From Kiritimatiellia bacterium (GTDB taxonomy: Bacteria > Verrucomicrobiota > Kiritimatiellia > SLOV01), in the NCBI GenBank assembly GCA_007132345.1, contig SLOV01000138.1, positions 1 to 43,427 on the forward strand: 43,427 nt of DNA, read 5' to 3'. This document shows, in pieces, positions 17,495-27,212 of the stretch. Under the pieces are notes generated by a model. It saw nothing but the letters and a program-made list of their open reading frames with translations. It made no database searches and was not told where the DNA came from. The position numbers and the translations under genes were made by a program. Within the stretch, counting starts at the first letter, position 1. The number at the start of each line of letters is the position of its first letter.

Positions 17495-20371
17495 TTACTC
17501 CATGGAGAGAATGCGGTAGACGTGGTGAGGCGGTCCGACGGCATCGAACATGGTGTTGGTGGTGCCATCGCCGACGATCGATCCGCCAAGATTATTCCAA
17601 TCCGTGTCTTCACCCAGATCTTCAACAGCCCACTGCACCTGGTAGGTGACGCCATTGCTGGCAAACCAGGTGATGCCCACGCCCCGCTCCAGGTCCAAGA
17701 CCAGGGGCATCGGCCCAAAGGGCATGCCGGTCAGAAGCGAAGATTCTTCGCTGGCCCCGCCCGCGCCAATCGCGACGATCACATAGTAGTAGGTCTGACC
17801 ATTCAGGACGTCGGTATCGATGAACGTCAGATCGGACGTGGTGCCGATGGACTCAAAAGGCCCGGCCATGCTGGAGGCTCTCTTCACCTCGTAGGAGGTT
17901 GCAAAGGTGCTGGCCGACCAGCCCAACGAAACCTGAGAATCGCCAGCCAGTACCGATAGCCCGCCAGGACTCGCCGGGGCTGCGAGAATGGGGGTCGCGG
18001 AAACGGGGTCACTGTCGGGGCTCTCGCCAATCGCATTGAATGCGGACACAACATAGTAGTACGTCGTTCCGCCGAGAACGGTGTCGGTATAGCTCACGTT
18101 TGCCACGCTTGTGGTGGCGATAGGGTCGTACGGTCCGCCCATGTCGATGGCGCGCTTCACGTTGTAGCCGGTTGGCAAGCCGCCGGTGGCGGCGTTCCAG
18201 CTCAGCGAGACCGAGTTGGAGGCGGCTGTGGCGCTGAGCCCCGTAGGCGCATCGGGCGGAACAACGACCGCATCCACAACATCGACATACGTGTCGGCAA
18301 TACGAATCTCGTCGACCGTGATCTCGCCGCCACCCTGAACCTGCATCCCCACGCCGGAAATGGTTCCGACATCGAAGTTGGTAATCGTGGCGGCGGCAGG
18401 CACGCCGGGCGCCGGCTGATTCGCCGTCGGATTCACATAAACCGTTACGGTGTCGTTGTTGCCGGACGTATCGAAATCGATTCTCAAGACGATCAAGTAG
18501 GTGTCGCCGTAGGTGCCGAGTCCCGCGGTGGCAAGTAAACTTGCGCCCTGTGGCGCCGTGCCTACGGTGTTCATGGAACCCAGGCCGAGCTGTCCCTGCG
18601 TGCCGGAGACGGGACCCAGGCCAAAGCCGAAGAAGAGGCCCGTGCCGCCGTTCAAGAAGTAGACCCCGTTCATGTTACCACCGGGATTTGAGGGACTCGT
18701 CTGGTAGAGGAAACTGATCCACTTGGTTCCGCTGGAAAGCGGGGTGTCCAGGCTGACGGATTGCCGGCCGGCAGGGGTGCGCATCGCATTGTGGGACGTT
18801 GGGAGGCCGGGGTAGGTGAGACCGGTCGTAATCCAGCCTGCGACCCCGTTGTTCCAGACGCCAAATCCATCGGCCGTCGAAGGCGTGCCGTCAACCAGGT
18901 TGTCTTCGATGGGGTAGTTGAATGGTTCGTAAATGCCTGTGAAAACGGCCGGCGTGGCACTCACCTCGGCGGACTCATCGCTTTCTCCGGCCGCATTCAC
19001 GGCCGTCACGACATAGTAATAGGTTATGTCGTTCACGGCGGTGGCGTCATTGAAGCTGGTGGTAGGAGCGGCCGGGGTGCCAACGATGTCGAGGTACGGT
19101 CCTCCAGAGACGGTGGCGCGCCGCACATTGTAGCTGCTTGGGTTGCCTACAGCCGGGGCGGTCCAGTTCAATGCGACCTGGTTGTCACCCGCGGTGGCCG
19201 ACAATCCGGTCGGGGCAGTGGGCACACCCAGGGGCGGCGTGGCCGAGACAGGGGAGCTGTTGGCGCTCTCCCCGCCGCCACTGACCGCCGATACCACGTA
19301 GTAGTAGGTCACGTCACCAGTGACGTGATCCGTAAAGGTGACCGTCGGGACCGATGTGGCGCCAATGGTCGTATAGGGTCCGCCGCTGGAGGTGGCGCGC
19401 TTCACATTGTAGCTGACTGGGTTGCCGGTAGAGGCGGTCCAGCTCAGATTGACGGTGTTCGGCCCGGTCGAATCCACCTGCAAATCCGCCGGCGTCGCGG
19501 GAGCGGTCGCACCGACCTCGGGCGTCACGCTGGCCCACGTGGTGCCGAAGCGAATCTCGTCAGTCTGCACTGTAGCTCCGCCCAATGCGGTAAGGAAGGT
19601 CTGGATTCTATCCATGACGGTGTATGTGCCGCTCCATGTCCCGCTTGCGGCAGGCTGCGGAGCACCCGGGGTCGGATTGATCCAGATACTCCCGCTCTGA
19701 TAGTAGGTTCCACCAGCATTCGCATCGAACCGCACGACAATGAAGTAGGTGCTGTTAAAGCTGATGGTCTCGGACGCCGTGCCCAGAACGGTTCCGCTTC
19801 CGTTGACCACCGTGGCCACACCAAAGACTCCCGAGGCGGTCATTCCCATATAATAACCTTGATTGCTCCCCGCACCGTTATCCACGGCGAAACCCGCTCT
19901 GTTGGGCGAATAGGAGGGGGCGTTGTAGAGAAAGCTCACATAAACCGTGGGGGTCGTGGAGGGAAAGATTGCGGAGGCGAGATTGAGGCCGTGGTAAGGA
20001 ACGGCCGGGCTCCACTGCAAGCCGTTGCCCGAGGTCTGCAGGCCAGGGTATGTCAGACCTTCGACAATCATGGTTCCGGATCCACCCGAAAACCAGGTGC
20101 CCGCGAAGCCCCCGCCGGTGGTCGCGGTGGGGGTGCCTGTTGCCGTCGTGGGGTCCCCTGGGTTGAGTGGACCTAGCGGATAGTCAAAGGGCTCGTACGC
20201 GAGAATCGCGGCGCTTGCCACGCCTGCCACCACCAGCAGCGCCAGACCGGCGATCAGCGACGGCAGCGCACTGGCACGACGCACTCGAGCGACGGTCCCC
20301 TCAGGACGGAAAGGCATGGCGGCACCCGGTATCATTTGCTCTTCATTCTTCATCATGTTCACAACTCGCAA
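17495..20371 (-). CDS. Secreted fibronectin type III repeat protein; start probably a later Met
   Basis: Signal ending VASA; four FN3 units (V.L.W...Y.V.R...GGP...D.....YYYVV.A); two YEPF.YP...DEIR domains; shared C-terminal domain. Confidence 0.88.
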   Translation of the reverse strand: MRVVNMMKNEEQMIPGAAMPFRPEGTVARVRRASALPSLIAGLALLVVAGVASAAILAYEPFDYPLGPLNPGDPTTATGTPTATTGGGFAGTWFSGGSGTMIVEGLTYPGLQTSGNGLQWSPAVPYHGLNLASAIFPSTTPTVYVSFLYNAPSYSPNRAGFAVDNGAGSNQGYYMGMTASGVFGVATVVNGSGTVLGTASETISFNSTYFIVVRFDANAGGTYYQSGSIWINPTPGAPQPAASGTWSGTYTVMDRIQTFLTALGGATVQTDEIRFGTTWASVTPEVGATAPATPADLQVDSTGPNTVNLSWTASTGNPVSYNVKRATSSGGPYTTIGATSVPTVTFTDHVTGDVTYYYVVSAVSGGGESANSSPVSATPPLGVPTAPTGLSATAGDNQVALNWTAPAVGNPSSYNVRRATVSGGPYLDIVGTPAAPTTSFNDATAVNDITYYYVVTAVNAAGESDESAEVSATPAVFTGIYEPFNYPIEDNLVDGTPSTADGFGVWNNGVAGWITTGLTYPGLPTSHNAMRTPAGRQSVSLDTPLSSGTKWISFLYQTSPSNPGGNMNGVYFLNGGTGLFFGFGLGPVSGTQGQLGLGSMNTVGTAPQGASLLATAGLGTYGDTYLIVLRIDFDTSGNNDTVTVYVNPTANQPAPGVPAAATITNFDVGTISGVGMQVQGGGEITVDEIRIADTYVDVVDAVVVPPDAPTGLSATAASNSVSLSWNAATGGLPTGYNVKRAIDMGGPYDPIATTSVANVSYTDTVLGGTTYYYVVSAFNAIGESPDSDPVSATPILAAPASPGGLSVLAGDSQVSLGWSASTFATSYEVKRASSMAGPFESIGTTSDLTFIDTDVLNGQTYYYVIVAIGAGGASEESSLLTGMPFGPMPLVLDLERGVGITWFASNGVTYQVQWAVEDLGEDTDWNNLGGSIVGDGTTNTMFDAVGPPHHVYRILSME

Positions 20372-20383
20372 TCTGGATCACAT

Positions 20384-22564
20384 TCACGGCAACTCGATGA
20401 CGCGGTAGATTCTGTCTGTGTACGGACCAAGGGGATCGAACACGGTCTTGATGCTCCAATCGCCAATGACAACAGGCCCCACAGGCGTCCACTCGGTGTG
20501 TGAGCTCTCGGAATCTGTCCATTCCACCTGATAGGACGTACCGGCGGTGCTGGGCCAACTGATGCCAAACCCGTCTTCAGCAATACCTGCGACAAGGTTG
20601 GTTTCGAACGCCCGGCCACCGGAGTAGTAGATGTCATCCAGCTCAATTCCGGAAATCGGGCCATCCACACCCAGAATCTGGAACAGTTGGCTGACCTGGG
20701 TGAGGTCGATGTCGCTGGCAATGTCCGAAATCGGAATCTCGACGGCATGCCAATTGCCATCGCGCACAAACCCGTACGGATCATCACCCGGCGTGAATGG
20801 GATCCAGACCTGCCCGACGCCGGACGGTCCTGTATTGGGGCCCCACGGTGTGTCCGGCCCGATCACATTCCCACTCTTCAACCCCACATAGAACTTCACC
20901 TGAGAACTGGTTCTCATCGCAAAATTCAGTTTGCCGTTTGGATTGTCGAAGGCCTCGAGGTTGTATTTGACTGCGGGGGTGAAGGCGGCGCCGAACCAGC
21001 CCATCCCCGGCGCCGAGGCGAGGCTCAGGCTCTCATCGCCTTCGAATGGGGTCTGTGCAACAGGAAGAAGCGTATCCCCCCAGACAAAGAACTCACCGTC
21101 GACACCCAGTTCGTATTCGCCCGCAGTCATATGGGCTGCCGTTTCGGTAAAGACGCCCAGATTGCCGCCCGACGGTCTCGGCCGTTCAACGCTCGGCTCC
21201 CAGTACACATTATCGATGGATAGAGTCGTGGAAGCGGAAGCCGGATCGGCCGCGATCATAAAAATCTGGTGAATGGTGTGAAAGTCGATATTCATGTATC
21301 CGTTCAGCGGAACACTCACCGTTTGCCACTGACCATCGCGGGCAAAGCCAAGTCCGTCCGTCTCGTCGCCCACTATTTGCCAATATTCGCCGCCGCGTGA
21401 ACTCTTGATGCCGATTCTTATATCGTCGGTCAACGTGGTCTTGATATCGAAATGGAGGAACCCATCCGAATAGTTCCTCATATTGCGGAAGTTGGGGAGA
21501 AAGACGCCCATGCCAAACCAGTCGCCCGCGGCGATATCAAACGACCACACCTCGGTGCCTTCGGAGGGCGTCGCAGGAACCGCCGCCTCGACCATGTTGT
21601 TCCACGTGAAGAGCGCTGCCTCGTATCCATAATCGAAGGCCGGGTCTTCAGGATCCCCATAAACAAGGGCATTGTCGACCGGGGTGGTTTCCGTAAACAC
21701 GCCAAACAGCCCGTCTTCCTCCGCGTCCTCCCCAAGAAACACTTCCGTGAAGCCATTATCTTCAACACGGATCCAATCCACCTTCAGTTGAGCGGGAAAC
21801 GTAGCGGTCACGGCTTCCGGCGTGGTGATATCTGTATAACCATCGGGTCCGCCCCAGTCGCCCACGGCGAGGTTCAAGACGATGAAGTGGGGCTGGTGAA
21901 ACTCCGTCATGTAGTCCGCCGTGATGTCCCAGCTTACGATCTCCTGACCGTCAAAATAGAAGGTCATCTCCGTGGGGGTCCATGAGAGTCTGTAGAGGTG
22001 ATAGTCCAGGGTCAGATCTACAGGCGCATCGCCCCAGAATACATTGCTCTGCTTTTCGCCGGCGGCATTCGAGAAATGCATCGCGGTGTTGAATCTGCGC
22101 TGTTGCATCCCCTCTGCAATTCCACTCTTGGAGCCGATCTCGATAATGTCGACTTCCCCAGCATCCGGCCAGGGAACGCCAGGAAAGTTGTTCCCCAGCA
22201 TCCAGAAGGCCGTCCACAAACCATCTGCCGTATTCGGCATTTTGATTCGGGCTTCGATGTCGCCATACCTGAATGCGAAACGCCCCTGCGTAAGCATGCG
22301 GGCCGAGGTGAATGCACTTCCGAAGTAGTCTTCACGCAGCGCCTGGATGACCAGACTCCCATCTTCGATAAACGAGTTGGCCGATCGGGCCGTGTTGTAT
22401 TCCATCTGGCCGTTGCCGAAGCCCCAGTTCCCCACATCCCAGATCCATGTCTCGGTATCGATTTCGGGCCCGTCGAATTCTTCTGACCAGACGATGGTGG
22501 CGCGTGCCGGCAAACTCGTGAGAAGCAGCACGGCAAAACAGAGGATGCGAACTTTGATATCCAT
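20384..22564 (-). CDS. Secreted GH16 glycoside hydrolase (laminarinase-like) with two putative carbohydrate-binding modules
   Basis: Signal peptide; WSEEFDG, FTSARM, LWTAFWMLG, WPDAGEVDIIE (ExDxxE), LNLAVG; two repeated GVFTET...WFG...GxKS...RDG.W modules. Confidence 0.9.
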   Translation of the reverse strand: MDIKVRILCFAVLLLTSLPARATIVWSEEFDGPEIDTETWIWDVGNWGFGNGQMEYNTARSANSFIEDGSLVIQALREDYFGSAFTSARMLTQGRFAFRYGDIEARIKMPNTADGLWTAFWMLGNNFPGVPWPDAGEVDIIEIGSKSGIAEGMQQRRFNTAMHFSNAAGEKQSNVFWGDAPVDLTLDYHLYRLSWTPTEMTFYFDGQEIVSWDITADYMTEFHQPHFIVLNLAVGDWGGPDGYTDITTPEAVTATFPAQLKVDWIRVEDNGFTEVFLGEDAEEDGLFGVFTETTPVDNALVYGDPEDPAFDYGYEAALFTWNNMVEAAVPATPSEGTEVWSFDIAAGDWFGMGVFLPNFRNMRNYSDGFLHFDIKTTLTDDIRIGIKSSRGGEYWQIVGDETDGLGFARDGQWQTVSVPLNGYMNIDFHTIHQIFMIAADPASASTTLSIDNVYWEPSVERPRPSGGNLGVFTETAAHMTAGEYELGVDGEFFVWGDTLLPVAQTPFEGDESLSLASAPGMGWFGAAFTPAVKYNLEAFDNPNGKLNFAMRTSSQVKFYVGLKSGNVIGPDTPWGPNTGPSGVGQVWIPFTPGDDPYGFVRDGNWHAVEIPISDIASDIDLTQVSQLFQILGVDGPISGIELDDIYYSGGRAFETNLVAGIAEDGFGISWPSTAGTSYQVEWTDSESSHTEWTPVGPVVIGDWSIKTVFDPLGPYTDRIYRVIELP

Positions 22565-22965
22565 AGAGAGTACCTTACAGGGGGCTGCGGCTGCGAAGAT
22601 GGCGTGAATCCTTCACGAATTTTGAGAAGGTATCCCATCCGATCGGGGCGCGCAACCAAAAATCGCAATTATTTTCGCAAGGAACGTAGGTGGATGTGTG
22701 GAGGCCATGGAAACAGTGGTTTTCACTTCATTAATTATTCGGACAAATATAGAGGCCCCTCTCGTTCATTGGTCTTTCCAGGATTTGCGGTCATCAGAAC
22801 CGGTGGCTTTTCTTAAGAAGACCTGATGGGCGCCACGATGTGCACTTCTGGGGACAGGCCGCATGGCGGCGACTTTCGCGTGATGCTTGATGCCGACTTT
22901 CCGAGGTGATTCTGCGCGGCGCGGCCCGTGCTGCGAGCCCAGCGGCAGCTCGACGGGCGCGGTCA

Positions 22966-23001
22966 GCCTTCAGGCGGTAAGAGCCATACTGAGAATTGCT
23001 G
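22966..23001. repeat. Partial second copy of the MITE right end
   Basis: GCCTTCAGGCGGTAAGAGCCATACTGAGAATTGCTG matches 16579-16614 at 33 of 36 positions. Confidence 0.75.
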
Positions 23002-23032
23002 CGGCCTGGTGGGTGGGTTCCGCAACGGGCTT

Positions 23033-23905
23033 TCAGGTGATATTCGGGCGATGATCCAGCGTTTCGAGGATTTCTTCCATTAACAAATGCTGGGAGATCG
23101 ACTCCTCAAGAGAGGGCAAGCAGCAGCTTCCTGTATCCAGGATCTCGCCCACGATACCGCCAATGAGTTCCGACATGTAAGGGAACTTGCTCAAGACCGT
23201 GTCGCCCTGTTTGATACTGGCGTAGTCAAACAGGTAAACCGTTCCATCTACTCGGATCTCCTGGACACCCACGACGCTGTCATCGCCCCGATCGATAAGC
23301 CTGAAACGTTTAGTGCCATCTTTGTCTTCAAAGACCAGTTCCCCATAGATCTCCTCATAGCCGGCTCTCTTGCTGGGAAAAACCTTAAGAACCTTCGTGT
23401 CGCGTCCCACTTGGAGGTGGCTGATCTGCATCTGTCTCTTAAAGACATCAATCCAATGGACTGCATTGCACGCCAGCCCCCAATCTGACCCGATCAATTC
23501 CACCGATTGGGCCTCTTGCTGGAACATGCAATCGAACGTTCCGCTGCCATACAGCCATTGGTTCACAAATGTGGGAACCCGCTTCAGGGAAAGACATGCT
23601 TCAAACTCCGCCCTGGACCTGAACAGATACTTCTCCAGAATGACATAGCTGGGTTCGAGTTCCAGGCAACGTTTGTAGAGCGCAAGACGGGGCTCGCAGG
23701 AGGTCGCGACGACGCAGAGGTCCATCGGCTCGCGAATGTCGTCCAGGGAGGAACAGCGCGTGACCTCACCGAGGTCCTGCCGTTCCAACTCCTGGAGGCG
23801 AGCCGGAGCGTCAACAAGAAAGAGGTGCGCATCGGGAAACGTCCTGGCGATGCCCTGCGCGTACCTCAGGCCGATATTGCCCACTCCAACGATACAGATC
23901 TTCAT
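23033..23905 (-). CDS. NAD(P)-binding oxidoreductase, Gfo/Idh/MocA-like
   Basis: MKICIVGVGNIG Rossmann motif, ILEKY, CNAVHWID. Confidence 0.75.
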   Translation of the reverse strand: MKICIVGVGNIGLRYAQGIARTFPDAHLFLVDAPARLQELERQDLGEVTRCSSLDDIREPMDLCVVATSCEPRLALYKRCLELEPSYVILEKYLFRSRAEFEACLSLKRVPTFVNQWLYGSGTFDCMFQQEAQSVELIGSDWGLACNAVHWIDVFKRQMQISHLQVGRDTKVLKVFPSKRAGYEEIYGELVFEDKDGTKRFRLIDRGDDSVVGVQEIRVDGTVYLFDYASIKQGDTVLSKFPYMSELIGGIVGEILDTGSCCLPSLEESISQHLLMEEILETLDHRPNIT

Positions 23906-24762
23906 GTCATGTTTTCCTGCATCCAGACATGGATGCGGCGATGCTCCGATAGCGATGGCAGCCTCCCCGGGCCGCCCTGGATGAGGTCATCGATCAGCTC
24001 GCCCAATCCGGGTTTGTATGGGGTGTGTTCATATTCCAGGGGACGGATGATGGGCCGATACGACCTGACAGGAATCTCGTCATCCGCTTCCCGCACTTCC
24101 ATGCCTTCGGCAATGGAGAACATCTCGAGCGGCTTGGCTTCATGGACGCGCCCGTCATCAGCGTAGAAGCGTATGGAAAAATTCTCGTGAGATCCATAGT
24201 TCATGTTGATGACGAGGGGCACCCCGCTGTCGTTCGACAAGAAGAAGCTGGGCGAAGAACTCCCAATTCGTGTCGCCGGCCCAAAGGGTCCAGCAAGGTA
24301 CCACAGCAGGTCAATGACGTGAATGCTCTGGGTAATCAGGGCATCGACGCTTCTTTCCGGAATGGTCGCAATGATTTTAACGATCTTTTCCGTCTCCATG
24401 ACCCCCTTCATGAAAGGAACCCAGTAATAGTAGCGCCGGTTCATGAGCAGGTAGATATCCCTGGCTGTGTCATACGTCGGACTGTGGGCGTAAGGCTTCT
24501 CGCAATAGATGTTACCCTCCAGCCTGCTGCACACGTCCTCATGGGACTCGATATTCGTGCAGACGAGCCAATCGGTGACATCGCTGGAAATCTCCGCCAG
24601 CGTCTCAACCTCCAGCTCTGGAAACATTGCCCGAAAAGACGCCACATTTGCTGAGGTCAGGTCTCTGCTGAAAATTCGCGGCCGGTTCCCCTTTGAGAGC
24701 AATACCTTGCAGTATTCTTTCGCCATGTATGCGCAGCCCACAATTCCCCATCTATTTTTCAC
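23902..24762 (-). CDS. Divergent Gfo/Idh/MocA-like oxidoreductase
   Basis: GIVGCAYMA, YCEKP, MNRRY, SIHVIDL; ATGA overlap with next gene. Confidence 0.7.
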   Translation of the reverse strand: MKNRWGIVGCAYMAKEYCKVLLSKGNRPRIFSRDLTSANVASFRAMFPELEVETLAEISSDVTDWLVCTNIESHEDVCSRLEGNIYCEKPYAHSPTYDTARDIYLLMNRRYYYWVPFMKGVMETEKIVKIIATIPERSVDALITQSIHVIDLLWYLAGPFGPATRIGSSSPSFFLSNDSGVPLVINMNYGSHENFSIRFYADDGRVHEAKPLEMFSIAEGMEVREADDEIPVRSYRPIIRPLEYEHTPYKPGLGELIDDLIQGGPGRLPSLSEHRRIHVWMQENMT

Positions 24763-24774
24763 TATACTTTCTTC

Positions 24775-26253
24775 CTATGCAGTGGTTGGAGCAATCTCCG
24801 CGAGCTCCTCGATGAATATTTCGACGATGTGAGAGATTTCTTCGTCGGTCAAACTGAACGAAGAGGGAAGACAGATTGCGTTTGCCGAGAGATAGGTGGA
24901 AACCGGATACGTGCCATGCGCAAATTCGCGGTACGGGTCCATCAGGTGCAAGGGATAAAAGCCGGGGCGCGAATCAACACCACGATGCCCCAAGTGCGCG
25001 AGGAGAAGGTCGCGCCCACTCTCTCCATATCCATCGAGGATGATCGTGTATAGCCAATAGGAGTTTTCTGACCAGCTATTCTTCGGCAGCAGGGAAATGC
25101 CCTGGCAACCCGAGAGGAGCTGGTCGTAGGTCTGAAAGATGACCTTCCTGCGGTGAAGCAACTCTTCGATACGTTCCATCTGGGCAACGCCGACGGCTGC
25201 CTGCATGTTCGTCATCCTGAAGTTGAAGCCCGCAACGTCGTGCCAATATTTCTTTGTCTTGCTCATCCCATGATCCCGCAGGATCCGGGCGCGGTCCGTC
25301 ATTTCATCATCTTTGAAGACCACCATCCCGCCTTCACCGGTGGTGACACCCTTGTTGGCAAAGAAACTGAAGCAGGTGGCGTCACCGTCCAGTCCGACAC
25401 GCCGGTTCTTGTAGCAGGCCCCCAGTGCTTCGGCGCAGTCCTCGATAACAAAAATGCCTGCCTGCGCAGCGATTTCCATGATCTCGTCGATTCGTGCGGG
25501 CTGCCCGTAGATGTGTACCGGCATCACGGCCTTCGTCCGCGGCGTGATGAGTCTTCGTAACTCCTCCAGATCGATGGTCCAGGTATCCCGCTCGACGTCG
25601 GCCAGCACGGGGGTGGCCCCTGCGTGTATGATGGCATTGATGCTGGCGGCAAACGTGAAGTTGGGCACGATGACTTCATCGCCACGACCAATGCCTAACG
25701 TATTCAGCGCCAGGTGCAGGGCCACCGTCCCATTGGACACGGCAATGGCGTGCCCCCCGCCCAGGTAATCATTGAAGGCCTTCTCGAAGAGCCCGATGAA
25801 CCTTCCTTGAGAAGAGATCCAGCCGCTCGTGACGCATTCAAGGACGTTGCTGATCTCCTGCTCGCCAATATTGGGTTCAAGCACCATGAAGTGCTTGATC
25901 CGTTCGCGCGTCGAGTAATCCACAACGCGCTGGTTGGCATCCAGCAGAGGGATACAACGCAGGGTCTGCTCGAAGAGATCCCAGATCTCCGAAATCTCAC
26001 AATCATACGGCAACGAATGAGGGGCGTGATTGTAATAGGGCGAGTCCACCGTCATCGTGTCGTCCAGCTCGACGCCCGTCAGAAGTGCACGCCGCGCATC
26101 GCCGTCGGTAAAGACACCGATCAGTCTGCGGTCTGCGTCCACAAGAAATACGATGCCCAGTGTGTTGGCTTGAATCACTTCCAGCACATCCCGAAAGGTT
26201 GCAGGGAGCGTGACCAGGAGGCTTTCCAGGGGGATATGTGTTCGGGTAGGCAT
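24775..26253 (-). CDS. CBS-domain + DegT/DnrJ/EryC1/StrS aminotransferase (perosamine synthase-like)
   Basis: N-terminal CBS pair (LIGVFTDGDARRAL); SGWISSQG, SNGTVAL, IEDCAEALG, SFFANKGVTTGEGG, NFRMTNMQAA. Confidence 0.9.
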   Translation of the reverse strand: MPTRTHIPLESLLVTLPATFRDVLEVIQANTLGIVFLVDADRRLIGVFTDGDARRALLTGVELDDTMTVDSPYYNHAPHSLPYDCEISEIWDLFEQTLRCIPLLDANQRVVDYSTRERIKHFMVLEPNIGEQEISNVLECVTSGWISSQGRFIGLFEKAFNDYLGGGHAIAVSNGTVALHLALNTLGIGRGDEVIVPNFTFAASINAIIHAGATPVLADVERDTWTIDLEELRRLITPRTKAVMPVHIYGQPARIDEIMEIAAQAGIFVIEDCAEALGACYKNRRVGLDGDATCFSFFANKGVTTGEGGMVVFKDDEMTDRARILRDHGMSKTKKYWHDVAGFNFRMTNMQAAVGVAQMERIEELLHRRKVIFQTYDQLLSGCQGISLLPKNSWSENSYWLYTIILDGYGESGRDLLLAHLGHRGVDSRPGFYPLHLMDPYREFAHGTYPVSTYLSANAICLPSSFSLTDEEISHIVEIFIEELAEIAPTTA

Positions 26254-26263
26254 TGTACTCGAC

Positions 26264-27127
26264 TCATTGATGGCAAGGTTGGGGCTGCCGTTTTGACTCG
26301 CTAAGTTCTTGTTGCTGTTTCAGTTGATGCATCCCGCAGCCGTAGACCTCAATCGAGACATAATCGACGTCTGATTTCAGGTGCGGCCAGAACCACGCGT
26401 CTTCGTCGAACGGTTGGTTCGAATCCTCTCGTCCATCATTGTCGCTGAGATGATAGCCGGTGATTCGTTCGTGGCATTCGTCGAACATCCCAACGGGGTC
26501 GAAGTGTAAGGAGTTTGCCGATACCTTCAGGTGCGCCACATCGATCAATTGACCAACCCGCTGTGGGAGCAGCCCCAGGATCTGCTGACACTCCAGCGGA
26601 TCGCACATCAACAATGGGTTGTCCGGGAACTCAAGAGCATTGCGTGCGGAAAGCACGTTATTCTCAATCATGAGAGTGATTCCGAGCGATTCGGCAGTCT
26701 CGTTCAGACGACATACGCGGCTGACGAATACCTCAATACATCGATCGCGATCGAAAAGGCTCCGATTCGGGATACGATTGCCCAACTCATCGAGCTTCGG
26801 ATCAAGCAGGAAGCCGGCGTGAAAACTATATCGATCCGCGCCAAGCGCGACGCACCAGCGGAGCGCCTGCTCGACATGCGATATGCTCCTTTCGCCGATG
26901 ACGGTATCTAACGATGCCAGGTTAAAGACAAAGGGGTCCGGCGGTGGGGGGAAGTAATTATGAATCTGAAAATGAGCAGCCGGCGTCAACGCCTGTAGAT
27001 CGCGCAGCAGTGTTTCCGAATAGGCACCTCCCGAGAGTTCAATGAACGGCATGCCGGCACTGAGCAGTTCTGTGGAGACGGCATCCCCGGCTCGATCATG
27101 AAAACCGCCTGTGGAAACATAAGTCAT
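26264..27127 (-). CDS. Sugar phosphate isomerase/epimerase-type TIM barrel protein
   Basis: HNYFP, SFHAG, IENNV, DVAHL, HLSDNDG, terminal SIEV. Confidence 0.75.
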   Translation of the reverse strand: MTYVSTGGFHDRAGDAVSTELLSAGMPFIELSGGAYSETLLRDLQALTPAAHFQIHNYFPPPPDPFVFNLASLDTVIGERSISHVEQALRWCVALGADRYSFHAGFLLDPKLDELGNRIPNRSLFDRDRCIEVFVSRVCRLNETAESLGITLMIENNVLSARNALEFPDNPLLMCDPLECQQILGLLPQRVGQLIDVAHLKVSANSLHFDPVGMFDECHERITGYHLSDNDGREDSNQPFDEDAWFWPHLKSDVDYVSIEVYGCGMHQLKQQQELSESKRQPQPCHQ

Positions 27128-27212
27128 AGGAGTCTTGGTGTGTAAGCACTCTCATGCGCGAAGAGCGGCAGCGCGTGGCTCTACCCTGCGGCCCCGGCGA
27201 TGATGGTGTGGG

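Noticed and set aside
16482-23001. Composite transposon carrying the FN3 and GH16 genes between MITE ends
   Set aside because: The flank after 23001 (CGGCCTGGT) does not match GGCGTTGAC, and the first element already has its own complete TSD
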